Of a stretch of 64,000 bases of DNA, positions 42,701 to 57,300 are shown in pieces (position 1 is the stretch's first letter; the number at the start of each line of letters is the position of its first letter). The DNA lies in the NCBI GenBank assembly GCA_964057225.1, contig CAXKVF010000079.1:248001-312000 (forward strand), in the 5' to 3' direction. Made by a program: the position numbers and the translations under genes. The stretch comes from Auanema rhodensis. Its lineage: Eukaryota; Animalia; Nematoda. The notes beneath the pieces are model-generated. The model had not been told where the DNA came from. It searched no databases and was given only the letters and a program-made list of their open reading frames with translations.

Positions 42701-45700
42701 TATTAGTTTAAAAACAAATTTTCATTGATATTGGTGCATGGTAACCATGACTTTGAAATTTACGTGAACTTTAGTTTATGCTAATTAAATGTACACGTGA
42801 TGTGCACTTGGTATGTAACTCGCTTCACGTGAAAGATAAAGAGATGCGGTTTTCAAAATTTGATTCCCCATGTCCATATTAGTCTAAAAACAAATTTTTA
42901 TTGATATTGGTTCATGGTAACCATGACTTTGAAATTTACGTGAACTTTAATTTATGCTAATTAAATGTACACGTGATGTGCACTTGGTATGTAACTCGCT
43001 TCACGTGAAAGATAAAGAGATGCGGTTTTCAAAATTAGATTCCCCATGTCCATATTAGTCTAAAAACAAATTTTTATTGATATTGGTTCATGGTAACCAT
43101 GACTTTGAAATTTACGTGAACTTTAGTTTATGCTAATTAAATGTACACGTGGTGTGCACTTGGTATGTAACTCGCTTCACGTGAAAGATAAAGAGATGCA
43201 GTTTTCAAAATTAGATTCCCCATGTCCATATTAGTCTAAAAACAAATTTTTATTGATATTAGTGCATGGTAACCATGACTTTGAAATTTACGTGAACTTT
43301 AGTTTATGCTAATTAAATGTACACGTGGTGTGCACTTGGTATGTAACTCGCTTCACGTGAAAGATAAAGAGATGCAGTTTTCAAAATTAGATTCCCCATG
43401 TCCATATTAGTCTAAAAACAAATTTTTATTGATATTGGTTCATGGTAACCATGACTTTGAAATTTACGTGAACTTTAATTTATGCTAATTAAATGTACAC
43501 GTGATGTGCACTTGGTATGTAACTCGCTTCACGTGAAAGATAAAGAGATGCGGTTTTCAAAATTATATTCCCCATGTCCATATTAGTTTAAAAACAAATT
43601 TTTATTGATATTGGTGCATGGTAACCATGACTTTGAAATTTACGTGAACTTTAGTTTATGCTAATTAAATGTACACGTGATGTGCACTTGGTATGTAACT
43701 CGCTTCACGTGAAAGATAAAGAGATGCGGTTTTCAAAATTTGATTCCCCATGTCCATATTAGTCTAAAAACAAATTTTTATTGATATTGGTTCATGGTAA
43801 CCATGACTTTGAAATTTACGTGAACTTTAATTTATGCTAATTAAATGTACACGTGATGTGCACTTGGTATGTAACTCGCTTCACGTGAAAGATAAAGAGA
43901 TGCGGTTTTCAAAATTAGATTCCCCATGTCCATATTAGTCTAAAAACAAATTTTTATTGATATTGGTTCATGGTAACCATGACTTTGAAATTTACGTGAA
44001 CTTTAATTTATGCTAATTAAATGTACACGTGATGTGCACTTGGTATGTAACTCGCTTCACGTGAAAGATAAAGAGATGCAGTTTTCAAAATTAGATTCCC
44101 CATGTCCATATTAGTTTAAAAACAAATTTTTATTGATATTGGTGCATGGTAACCATGACTTTGAAATTTACGTGAACTTTAATTTATGCTTATTAAATGT
44201 ACACGTGATGTGCACTTGGTATGTAACTCGCTTCACGTAAAAGATAAAGAGATGCGGTTTCCAAAATTAGATTCCCCATGTCCATATTAGTCTAAAAACA
44301 AATTTTTATTGATATTGGTTCATGGTAACCATGTCTTTGAAATTTACGTGAACTTAAATTTATGCTAATTAAATGTACACGTGATGTGCACTTGGTATGT
44401 AACTCGCTTCACGTGATAGATAAAGAGATGCGGTTTTTAAAATTAGATTCCCCATGTCCATATTAGTTTAAAAACAAATTTTTATTGATATTGGTGCATG
44501 GTAACCATGACTTTGAAATTTACGTGAACTTTAATTCATGCTAATTAAATGTACACGTGATGTGCACTTGGTATGTAACTCGCTTCACGTAAAAGATAAA
44601 GAGATGCGGTTTTCAAAATTAGATTCCCCATGTCCATATTAGTCTAAAAACAAATTTTTATTGATATTGGTTCATGGTAACCATGTCTTTGAAATTTACG
44701 TGAACTTTAATTTATGCTAATTAAATGTACACGTGATGTGCACTTGGTATGCAACTCGCTTCACGTGACAGATAAAGAGATGCGGTTTTCAAAATTAGAT
44801 TCCCCATGTCCATATCAGTCTAAAAACAACTTTTTATTGATATTGGTTCATGGTAACCATGACATTGAAATTTACGTGAACTTTAATTCATGCTAATTAA
44901 ATGTACACGTGTTGTGCACTTGGTATGTAACTCGCTTCACGTGAAAGATAAAGAGATGCGGTTTTCAAAATTAGATTCCCCATGTCCATATTAGTCTAAA
45001 AACAAATTTTTATTGATATTGGTTCATGGTAACCATGACTTTGAAATTTACGTGAACTTTAATTTATGCTAATTAAATGTACACGTGATGTGCACTTGGT
45101 ATGTAACTCGCTTCACGTGAAAGATAAAGAGATGCGGTTTCCAAAATTAGATTCCCCATGTCCATATTAGTCTAAAAACGAATTTTTATTGATATTAGTG
45201 CATGGTAACCATGACTTTGAAATTTACGTGAACTTTAGTTTATGCTAATTAAATGTACACGTGGTGTGCACTTGGTATGTAACTCGCTTCACGTGAAAGA
45301 TAAAGAGATGCAGTTTTCAAAATTAGATTCCCCATGTCCATATTAGTCTAAAAACAAATTTTTATTGATATTGGTTCATGGTAACCATGACTTTGAAATT
45401 TACGTGAACTTTAATTTATGCTAATTAAATGTACACGTGATGTGCACTTGGTATGTAACTCGCTTCACGTGAAAGATAAAGAGATGCGGTTTTCAAAATT
45501 AGATTCCCCATGTCCATATTAGTCTAAAAACAAATTTTTATTGATATTGGTTCATGGTAACCATGACTTTGAAATTTACGTGAACTTTAATTTATGCTAA
45601 TTAAATGTACACGTGATGTGCACTTGGTATGTAACTCGCTTCACGTGAAAGATAAAGAGATGCGGTTTCCAAAATTAGATTCCCCATGTCCATATTAGTC

Positions 45701-48700
45701 TAAAAACAAATTTTTATTGATATTAGTGCATGGTAACCATGACTTTGAAATTTACGTGAACTTTAGTTTATGCTAATTAAATGTACACGTGGTGTGCACT
45801 TGGTATGTAACTCGCTTCACGTGAAAGATAAAGAGATGCAGTTTTCAAAATTAGATTCCCCATGTCCATATTAGTCTAAAAACAAATTTTTATTGATATT
45901 GGTTCATGGTAACCATGACTTTGAAATTTACGTGAACTTTAATTTATGCTAATTAAATGTACACGTGATGTGCACTTGGTATGTAACTCGCTTCACGTGA
46001 AAGATAAAGAGATGCGGTTTTCAAAATTAGATTCCCCATGTCCATATTAGTCTAAAAACAAATTTTTATTGATATTGGTTCATGGTAACCATGTCTTTGA
46101 AATTTACGTGAACTTTAATTTATGCTAATTAAATGTACACGTGATGTGCACTTGGTATGTAACTCGCTTCACGTGAAAGATAAAGAGATGCGGTTTCCAA
46201 AATTAGATTCCCCATGTCCATATTAGTCTAAAAACGAATTTTTATTGATATTAGTGCATGGTAACCATGACTTTGAAATTTACGTGAACTTTAGTTTATG
46301 CTAATTAAATGTACACGTGGTGTGCACTTGGTATGTAACTCGCTTCACGTGAAAGATAAAGAGATGCAGTTTTCAAAATTAGATTCCCCATGTCCATATT
46401 AGTCTAAAAACAAATTTTTATTGATATTGGTTCATGGTAACCATGACTTTGAAATTTACGTGAACTTTAATTTATGCTAATTAAATGTACACGTGATGTG
46501 CACTTGGTATGTAACTCGCTTCACGTGAAAGATAAAGAGATGCGGTTTTCAAAATTAGATTCCCCATGTCCATATTAGTCTAAAAACAAATTTTTATTGA
46601 TATTGGTTCATGGTAACCATGACTTTGAAATTTACGTGAACTTTAATTTATGCTAATTAAATGTACACGTGATGTGCACTTGGTATGTAACTCGCTTCAC
46701 GTGAAAGATAAAGAGATGCGGTTTTCAAAATTAGATTCCCCATGTCCATATTAGTCTAAAAACAACTTTTTATTGATATTGGTTCATGGTAACCATGACA
46801 TTGAAATTTACGTGAACTTTAATTCATGCTAATTAAATGTACACGTGATGTGCACTTGTTATGTAACTCGCTTCACGTGAAAGATGAAGAGATGCGGTTT
46901 TCAAAATTAGATTCCCCATGTCCATATTAGTCTAAAAACAAATTTTTATTGATATTGGTGCATGGTAACCATGACTTTGAAATTTACGTGAACTTTAATT
47001 TATGCTAATTAAATGTACACGTGATGTGCACTTGGTATGTAACTCGCTTCACGTGAAAGATAAAGAGATGCGGTTTTCAAAATTAGATTCCCCATGTCCA
47101 TATTAGTCTAAAAACAAATTTTTATTGATATTGGTTCATGGTAACCATGACTTTGAAATTTACGTGAACTTTAATTTATGCTAATTAAATGTACACGTGA
47201 TGTGCACTTGGTATGTAACTCGCTTCACGTGAAAGATAAAGAGATGCGGTTTCCAAAATTAGATTCCCCATGTCCATATTAGTCTAAAAACGAATTTTTA
47301 TTGATATTAGTGCATGGTAACCATGACTTTGAAATTTACGTGAACTTTAGTTTATGCTAATTAAATGTACACGTGGTGTGCACTTGGTATGTAACTCGCT
47401 TCACGTGAAAGATAAAGAGATGCAGTTTTCAAAATTAGATTCCCCATGTCCATATTAGTCTAAAAACAAATTTTTATTGATATTGGTTCATGGTAACCAT
47501 GACTTTGAAATTTACGTGAACTTTAATTTATGCTAATTAAATGTACACGTGATGTGCACTTGGTATGTAACTCGCTTCACGTGAAAGATAAAGAGATGCG
47601 GTTTTCAAAATTAGATTCCCCATGTCCATATTAGTCTAAAAACAAATTGTTATTGATATTGGTTCATGGTAACCATGACTTTGAAATTTACGTGAACTTT
47701 AATTTATGCTAATTAAATGTACACGTGATGTGCACTTGGTATGTAACTCGCTTCACGTGAAAGATAAAGAGATGCGGTTTTCAAAATTAGATTCCCCATG
47801 TCCATATTAGTCTAAAAACAACTTTTTATTGATATTGGTTCATGGTAACCATGACATTGAAATTTACGTGAACTTTAATTCATGCTAATTAAATGTACAC
47901 GTGATGTGCACTTGTTATGTAACTCGCTTCACGTGAAAGATGAAGAGATGCGGTTTTCAAAATTAGATTCCCCATGTCCATATTAGTCTAAAAACAAATT
48001 TTTATTGATATTGGTGCATGGTAACCATGACTTTGAAATTTACGTGAACTTTAATTTATGCTAATTAAATGTACACGTGATGTGCACTTGGTATGTAACT
48101 CGCTTCACGTGAAAGATAAAGAGATGCGGTTTTCAAAATTAGATTCCCCATGTCCATATTAGTCTAAAAACAAATTTTTATTGATATTGGTTCATGGTAA
48201 CCATGACTTTGAAATTTACGTGAACTTTAATTTATGCTAATTAAATGTACACGTGATGTGCACTTGGTATGTAACTCGCTTCACGTAAAAGATAAAGAGA
48301 TGCGGTTTCCAAAATTAGATTCCCCATGTCCATATTAGTCTAAAAACGAATTTTTATTGATATTAGTGCATGGTAACCATGACTTTGAAATTTACGTGAA
48401 CTTTAGTTTATGCTAATTAAATGTACACGTGGTGTGCACTTGGTATGTAACTCGCTTCACGTGAAAGATAAAGAGATGCAGTTTTCAAAATTAGATTCCC
48501 CATGTCCATATTAGTCTAAAAACAAATTTTTATTGATATTGGTTCATGGTAACCATGACTTTGAAATTTACGTGAACTTTAATTTATGCTAATTAAATGT
48601 ACACGTGATGTGCACTTGGTATGTAACTCGCTTCACGTGAAAGATAAAGAGATGCGGTTTCCAAAATTAGATTCCCCATGTCCATATTAGTCTAAAAACG

Positions 48701-51301
48701 AATTTTTATTGATATTGGTGCATGGTAACCATGACTTTGAAATTTACGTGAACTTTAATTTATGCTAATTAAATGTACACGTGATGTGCACTTGGTATGT
48801 AACTCGCTTCACGTGAAAGATAAAGAGATGCGGTTTTCAAAATTTGATTCCCCATGTCCATATTAGTCTAAAAACAAATTTTTATTGATATTGGTTCATG
48901 GTAACCATGACTTTGAAATTTACGTGAACTTTAATTTATGCTAATTAAATGTACACGTGATGTGCACTTGGTATGTAACTCGCTTCACGTGAAAGATAAA
49001 GAGATGCGGTTTTCAAAATTAGATTCCCCATGTCCATATTAGTCTAAAAACAAATTTTTATTGATATTGGTTCATGGTAACCATGACTTTGAAATTTACG
49101 TGAACTTTAATTTATGCTAATTAAATGTACACGTGATGTGCACTTGGTATGTAACTCGCTTCACGTGAAAGATAAAGAGATGCAGTTTTCAAAATTAGAT
49201 TCCCCATGTCCATATTAGTTTAAAAACAAATTTTTATTGATATTGGTGCATGGTAACCATGACTTTGAAATTTACGTGAACTTTAATTCATGCTAATTAA
49301 ATGTACACGTGATGTGCACTTGGTATGTAACTCGCTTCACGTAAAAGATAAAGAGATGCGGTTTTCAAAATTAGATTCCCCATGTCCATATTAGTCTAAA
49401 AACAAATTTTTATTGATATTGGTTCATGGTAACCATGTCTTTGAAATTTACGTGAACTTTAATTTATGCTAATTAAATGTACACGTGATGTGCACTTGGT
49501 ATGTAACTCGCTTCACGTGAAAGATAAAGAGATGCGGTTTTCAAAATTAGATTCCCCATGTCCATATTAGTCTAAAAACAACTTTTTATTGATATTGGTT
49601 CATGGTAACCATGACTTTGAAATTTACGTGAACTTTAATTTATGCTAATTAAATGTACACGTGATGTGCACTTGGTATGTAACTCGCTTCACGTGAAAGA
49701 TAAAGAGATGCAGTTTTCAAAATTAGATTCCCCATGTCCATATTAGTTTCAAAACAAATTTTTATTGATATTGGTGCATGGTAACCATGACTTTGAAATT
49801 TACGTGAACTTTAATTTATGCTTATTAAATGTACACGTGATGTGCACTTGGTATGTAACTCGCTTCACGTAAAAGATAAAGAGATGCGGTTTCCAAAATT
49901 AGATTCCCCATGTCCATATTAGTCTAAAAACAAATTTTTATTGATATTGGTTCATGGTAACCATGTCTTTGAAATTTACGTGAACTTTAATTTATGCTAA
50001 TTAAATGTACACGTGATGTGCACTTGGTATGTAACTCGCTTCACGTGAAAGATAAAGAGATGCGGTTTTCAAAATTAGATTCCCCATGTCCATATTAGTT
50101 TAAAAACAAATTTTTATTGATATTGGTGCATGGTAACCATGACTTTGAAATTTACGTGAACTTTAATTCATGCTAATTAAATGTACACGTGATGTGCACT
50201 TGGTATGTAACTCGCTTCACGTAAAAGATAAAGAGATGCGGTTTTCAAAATTAGATTCCCCATGTCCATATTAGTCTAAAAACAAATTTTTATTGATATT
50301 GGTTCATGGTAACCATGTCTTTGAAATTTACGTGAACTTTAATTTATGCTAATTAAATGTACACGTGATGTGCACTTGGTATGTAACTCGCTTCACGTGA
50401 AAGATAAAGAGATGCGGTTTTCAAAATTAGATTCCCCATGTCCATATTAGTCTAAAAACAACTTTTTATTGATATTGGTTCATGGTAACCATGACATTGA
50501 AATTTACGTGAACTTTAATTCATGCTAATTAAATGTACACGTGATGTGCACTTGTTATGTAACTCGCTTCACGTGAAAGATGAAGAGATGCGGTTTTCAA
50601 AATTAGATTCCCCATGTCCATATTAGTCTAAAAACAAATTTTTATTGATATTAGTGCATGGTAACCATGACTTTGAAATTTACGTGAACTTTAATTTATG
50701 CTAATTAAATGTACACGTGATGTGCACTTGGTATGTAACTCGCTTCACGTGAAAGATAAAGAGATGCGGTTTTCAAAATTAGATTCCCCATGTCCATATT
50801 AGTCTAAAAACAACTTTTTATTGATATTGGTTCATGGTAACCATGACATTGAAATTTACGTGAACTTTAATTCATGCTAATTAAATGTACACGTGATGTG
50901 CACTTGTTATGTAACTCGCTTCACGTGAAAGATGAAGAGATGCGGTTTTCAAAATTAGATTCCCCATGTCCATATTAGTCTAAAAACAAATTTTTATTGA
51001 TATTAGTGCATGGTAACCATGACTTTGAAATTTACGTGAACTTTAATTTATGCTAATTAAATGTACACGTGATGTGCACTTGGTATGTAACTCGCTTCAC
51101 GTGAAAGATAAAGAGATGCGGTTTTCAAAATTAGATTCCCCATGTCCATATTAGTCTAAAAACAACTTTTTATTGATATTGGTTCATGGTAACCATGACA
51201 TTGAAATTTACGTGAACTTTAATTCATGCTAATTAAATGTACACGTGATGTGCACTTGTTATGTAACTCGCTTCACGTGAAAGATGAAGAGATGCGGTTT
51301 T

Positions 51302-54300
51302 CAAAATTAGATTCCCCATGTCCATATTAGTCTAAAAACAAATTTTTATTGATATTGGTGCATGGTAACCATGACTTTGAAATTTACGTGAACTTTAATT
51401 TATGCTAATTAAATGTACACGTGATGTGCACTTGGTATGTAACTCGCTTCACGTGAAAGATAAAGAGATGCGGTTTTCAAAATTAGATTCCCCATGTCCA
51501 TATTAGTCTAAAAACAAATTTTTATTGATATTGGTTCATGGTAACCATGACTTTGAAATTTACGTGAACTTTAATTTATGCTAATTAAATGTACACGTGA
51601 TGTGCACTTGGTATGTAACTCGCTTCACGTGAAAGATAAAGAGATGCGGTTTTCAAAATTTGATTCCCCATGTCCATATTAGTCTAAAAACAAATTTTTA
51701 TTGATATTGGTTCATGGTAACCATGACTTTGAAATTTACGTGAACTTTAATTTATGCTAATTAAATGTACACGTGATGTGCACTTGGTATGTAACTCGCT
51801 TCACGTGAAAGATAAAGAGATGCAGTTTTCAAAATTAGATTCCCCATGTCCATATTAGTTTAAAAACAAATTTTTATTGATATTGGTGCATGGTAAACAT
51901 GACTTTGAAATTTACGTGAACTTTAATTTATGCTTATTAAATGTACACGTGATGTGCACTTGGTATGTAACTCGCTTCACGTAAAAGATAAAGAGATGCG
52001 GTTTCCAAAATTAGATTCCCCATGTCCATATTAGTCTAAAAACAAATTTTTATTGATATTGGTTCATGGTAACCATGTCTTTGAAATTTACGTGAACTTA
52101 AATTTATGCTAATTAAATGTACACGTGATGTGCACTTGGTATGTAACTCGCTTCACGTGAAAGATAAAGAGATGCGGTTTTTAAAATTAGATTCCCCATG
52201 TCCATATTAGTTTAAAAACAAATTTTTATTGATATTGGTGCATGGTAACCATGACTTTGAAATTTACGTGAACTTTAATTCATGCTAATTAAATGTACAC
52301 GTGATGTGCACTTGGTATGTAACTCGCTTCACGTAAAAGATAAAGAGATGCGGTTTTCAAAATTAGATTCCCCATGTCCATATTAGTCTAAAAACAAATT
52401 TTTATTGATATTGGTTCATGGTAACCATGTCTTTGAAATTTACGTGAACTTTAATTTATGCTAATTAAATGTACACGTGATGTGCACTTGGTATGCAACT
52501 CGCTTCACGTGACAGATAAAGAGATGCGGTTTTCAAAATTAGATTCCCCATGTCCATATCAGTCTAAAAACAACTTTTTATTGATATTGGTTCATGGTAA
52601 CCATGACATTGAAATTTACGTGAACTTTAATTCATGCTAATTAAATGTACACGTGATGTGCACTTGGTATGTAACTCGCTTCACGTGAAAGATAAAGAGA
52701 TGCAGTTTTCAAAATTAGATTCCCCATGTCCATATTAGTCTAAAAACAAATTTTTATTGATATTGGTTCATGGTAACCATGACTTTGAAATTTACGTGAA
52801 CTTTAATTTATGCTAATTAAATGTACACGTGATGTGCACTTGGTATGTAACTCGCTTCACGTGAAAGATAAAGAGATGCGGTTTCCAAAATTAGATTCCC
52901 CATGTCCATATTAGTCTAAAAACGAATTTTTATTGATATTAGTGCATGGTAACCATGACTTTGAAATTTACGTGAACTTTAGTTTATGCTAATTAAATGT
53001 ACACGTGGTGTGCACTTGGTATGTAACTCGCTTCACGTGAAAGATAAAGAGATGCAGTTTTCAAAATTAGATTCCCCATGTCCATATTAGTCTAAAAACA
53101 AATTTTTATTGATATTGGTTCATGGTAACCATGACTTTGAAATTTACGTGAACTTTAATTTATGCTAATTAAATGTACACGTGATGTGCACTTGGTATGT
53201 AACTCGCTTCACGTGAAAGATAAAGAGATGCGGTTTTCAAAATTAGATTCCCCATGTCCATATTAGTCTAAAAACAAATTTTTATTGATATTGGTTCATG
53301 GTAACCATGACTTTGAAATTTACGTGAACTTTAATTTATGCTAATTAAATGTACACGTGATGTGCACTTGGTATGTAACTCGCTTCACGTGAAAGATAAA
53401 GAGATGCGGTTTCCAAAATTAGATTCCCCATGTCCATATTAGTCTAAAAACAAATTTTTATTGATATTAGTGCATGGTAACCATGACTTTGAAATTTACG
53501 TGAACTTTAGTTTATGCTAATTAAATGTACACGTGGTGTGCACTTGGTATGTAACTCGCTTCACGTGAAAGATAAAGAGATGCAGTTTTCAAAATTAGAT
53601 TCCCCATGTCCATATTAGTCTAAAAACAAATTTTTATTGATATTGGTTCATGGTAACCATGACTTTGAAATTTACGTGAACTTTAATTTATGCTAATTAA
53701 ATGTACACGTGATGTGCACTTGGTATGTAACTCGCTTCACGTGAAAGATAAAGAGATGCGGTTTCCAAAATTAGATTCCCCATGTCCATATTAGTCTAAA
53801 AACGAATTTTTATTGATATTAGTGCATGGTAACCATGACTTTGAAATTTACGTGAACTTTAGTTTATGCTAATTAAATGTACACGTGGTGTGCACTTGGT
53901 ATATAACTCGCTTCACGTGAAAGATAAAGAGATGCAGTTTTCAAAATTAGATTCCCCATGTCCATATTAGTCTAAAAACAAATTTTTATTGATATTGGTT
54001 CATGGTAACCATGACTTTGAAATTTACGTGAACTTTAATTTATGCTAATTAAATGTACACGTGATGTGCACTTGGTATGTAACTCGCTTCACGTGAAAGA
54101 TAAAGAGATGCGGTTTTCAAAATTAGATTCCCCATGTCCATATTAGTCTAAAAACAAATTGTTATTGATATTGGTTCATGGTAACCATGACTTTGAAATT
54201 TACGTGAACTTTAATTTATGCTAATTAAATGTACACGTGATGTGCACTTGGTATGTAACTCGCTTCACGTGAAAGATAAAGAGATGCGGTTTTCAAAATT

Positions 54301-57300
54301 AGATTCCCCATGTCCATATTAGTCTAAAAACAACTTTTTATTGATATTGGTTCATGGTAACCATGACATTGAAATTTACGTGAACTTTAATTCATGCTAA
54401 TTAAATGTACACGTGATGTGCACTTGTTATGTAACTCGCTTCACGTGAAAGATGAAGAGATGCGGTTTTCAAAATTAGATTCCCCATGTCCATATTAGTC
54501 TAAAAACAAATTGTTATTGATATTGGTTCATGGTAACCATGACTTTGAAATTTACGTGAACTTTAATTTATGCTAATTAAATGTACACGTGATGTGCACT
54601 TGGTATGTAACTCGCTTCACGTGAAAGATAAAGAGATGCGGTTTCCAAAATTAGATTCCCCATGTCCATATTAGTCTAAAAACGAATTTTTATTGATATT
54701 AGTGCATGGTAACCATGACTTTGAAATTTACGTGAACTTTAGTTTATGCTAATTAAATGTACACGTGGTGTGCACTTGGTATATAACTCGCTTCACGTGA
54801 AAGATAAAGAGATGCAGTTTTCAAAATTAGATTCCCCATGTCCATATTAGTCTAAAAACAAATTTTTATTGATATTGGTTCATGGTAACCATGACTTTGA
54901 AATTTACGTGAACTTTAATTTATGCTAATTAAATGTACACGTGATGTGCACTTGGTATGTAACTCGCTTCACGTGAAAGATAAAGAGATGCGGTTTTCAA
55001 AATTAGATTCCCCATGTCCATATTAGTCTAAAAACAAATTGTTATTGATATTGGTTCATGGTAACCATGACTTTGAAATTTACGTGAACTTTAATTTATG
55101 CTAATTAAATGTACACGTGATGTGCACTTGGTATGTAACTCGCTTCACGTGAAAGATAAAGAGATGCGGTTTTCAAAATTAGATTCCCCATGTCCATATT
55201 AGTCTAAAAACAACTTTTTATTGATATTGGTTCATGGTAACCATGACATTGAAATTTACGTGAACTTTAATTCATGCTAATTAAATGTACACGTGATGTG
55301 CACTTGTTATGTAACTCGCTTCACGTGAAAGATGAAGAGATGCGGTTTTCAAAATTAGATTCCCCATGTCCATATTAGTCTAAAAACAAATTTTTATTGA
55401 TATTGGTGCATGGTAACCATGACTTTGAAATTTACGTGAACTTTAATTTATGCTAATTAAATGTACACGTGATGTGCACTTGGTATGTAACTCGCTTCAC
55501 GTGAAAGATAAAGAGATGCGGTTTTCAAAATTAGATTCCCCATGTCCATATTAGTCTAAAAACAAATTTTTATTGATATTGGTTCATGGTAACCATGACT
55601 TTGAAATTTACGTGAACTTTAATTTATGCTAATTAAATGTACACGTGATGTGCACTTGGTATGTAACTCGCTTCACGTGAAAGATAAAGAGATGCGGTTT
55701 CCAAAATTAGATTCCCCATGTCCATATTAGTCTAAAAACGAATTTTTATTGATATTAGTGCATGGTAACCATGACTTTGAAATTTACGTGAACTTTAGTT
55801 TATGCTAATTAAATGTACACGTGGTGTGCACTTGGTATGTAACTCGCTTCACGTGAAAGATAAAGAGATGCGGTTTCCAAAATTAGATTCCCCATGTCCA
55901 TATTAGTCTAAAAACGAATTTTTATTGATATTAGTGCATGGTAACCATGACTTTGAAATTTACGTGAACTTTAGTTTATGCTAATTAAATGTACACGTGG
56001 TGTGCACTTGGTATATAACTCGCTTCACGTGAAAGATAAAGAGATGCAGTTTTCAAAATTAGATTCCCCATGTCTATATTAGTCTAAAAACAAATTTTTA
56101 TTGATATTGGTTCATGGTAACCATGACTTTGAAATTTACGTGAACTTTAATTTATGCTAATTAAATGTACACGTGATGTGCACTTGGTATGTAACTCGCT
56201 TCACGTGAAAGATAAAGAGATGCGGTTTTCAAAATTAGATTCCCCATGTCCATATTAGTCTAAAAACAAATTGTTATTGATATTGGTTCATGGTAACCAT
56301 GACTTTGAAATTTACGTGAACTTTAATTTATGCTAATTAAATGTACACGTGATGTGCACTTGGTATGTAACTCGCTTCACGTGAAAGATAAAGAGATGCG
56401 GTTTTCAAAATTAGATTCCCCATGTCCATATTAGTCTAAAAACAACTTTTTATTGATATTGGTTCATGGTAACCATGACATTGAAATTTACGTGAACTTT
56501 AATTCATGCTAATTAAATGTACACGTGATGTGCACTTGTTATGTAACTCGCTTCACGTGAAAGATGAAGAGATGCGGTTTTCAAAATTAGATTCCCCATG
56601 TCCATATTAGTCTAAAAACAAATTTTTATTGATATTGGTGCATGGTAACCATGACTTTGAAATTTACGTGAACTTTAATTTATGCTAATTAAATGTACAC
56701 GTGATGTGCACTTGGTATGTAACTCGCTTCACGTGAAAGATAAAGAGATGCGGTTTTCAAAATTAGATTCCCCATGTCCATATTAGTCTAAAAACAAATT
56801 TTTATTGATATTGGTTCATGGTAACCATGACTTTGAAATTTACGTGAACTTTAATTTATGCTAATTAAATGTACACGTGATGTGCACTTGGTATGTAACT
56901 CGCTTCACGTGAAAGATAAAGAGATGCGGTTTCCAAAATTAGATTCCCCATGTCCATATTAGTCTAAAAACGAATTTTTATTGATATTAGTGCATGGTAA
57001 CCATGACTTTGAAATTTACGTGAACTTTAGTTTATGCTAATTAAATGTACACGTGGTGTGCACTTGGTATGTAACTCGCTTCACGTGAAAGATAAAGAGA
57101 TGCAGTTTTCAAAATTAGATTCCCCATGTCCATATTAGTCTAAAAACAAATTTTTATTGATATTGGTTCATGGTAACCATGACTTTGAAATTTACGTGAA
57201 CTTTAATTTATGCTAATTAAATGTACACGTGATGTGCACTTGGTATGTAACTCGCTTCACGTGAAAGATAAAGAGATGCGGTTTCCAAAATTAGATTCCC

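Noticed and set aside
44714-44896. 60-aa ORF MLIKCTRDVHLVCNSLHVTDK...
   Set aside because: Consensus monomers carry the same frame as a 34-codon ORF ending in TAT-TAG. A single T>C at 44816 (TAG>CAG) lets it read through to the TAA in the next monomer. There is no recognisable domain and no gene context.
52458-52640. Identical 60-aa ORF, second copy
   Set aside because: It lies exactly 44 monomers from the first; identity reflects block duplication of satellite, not coding constraint.
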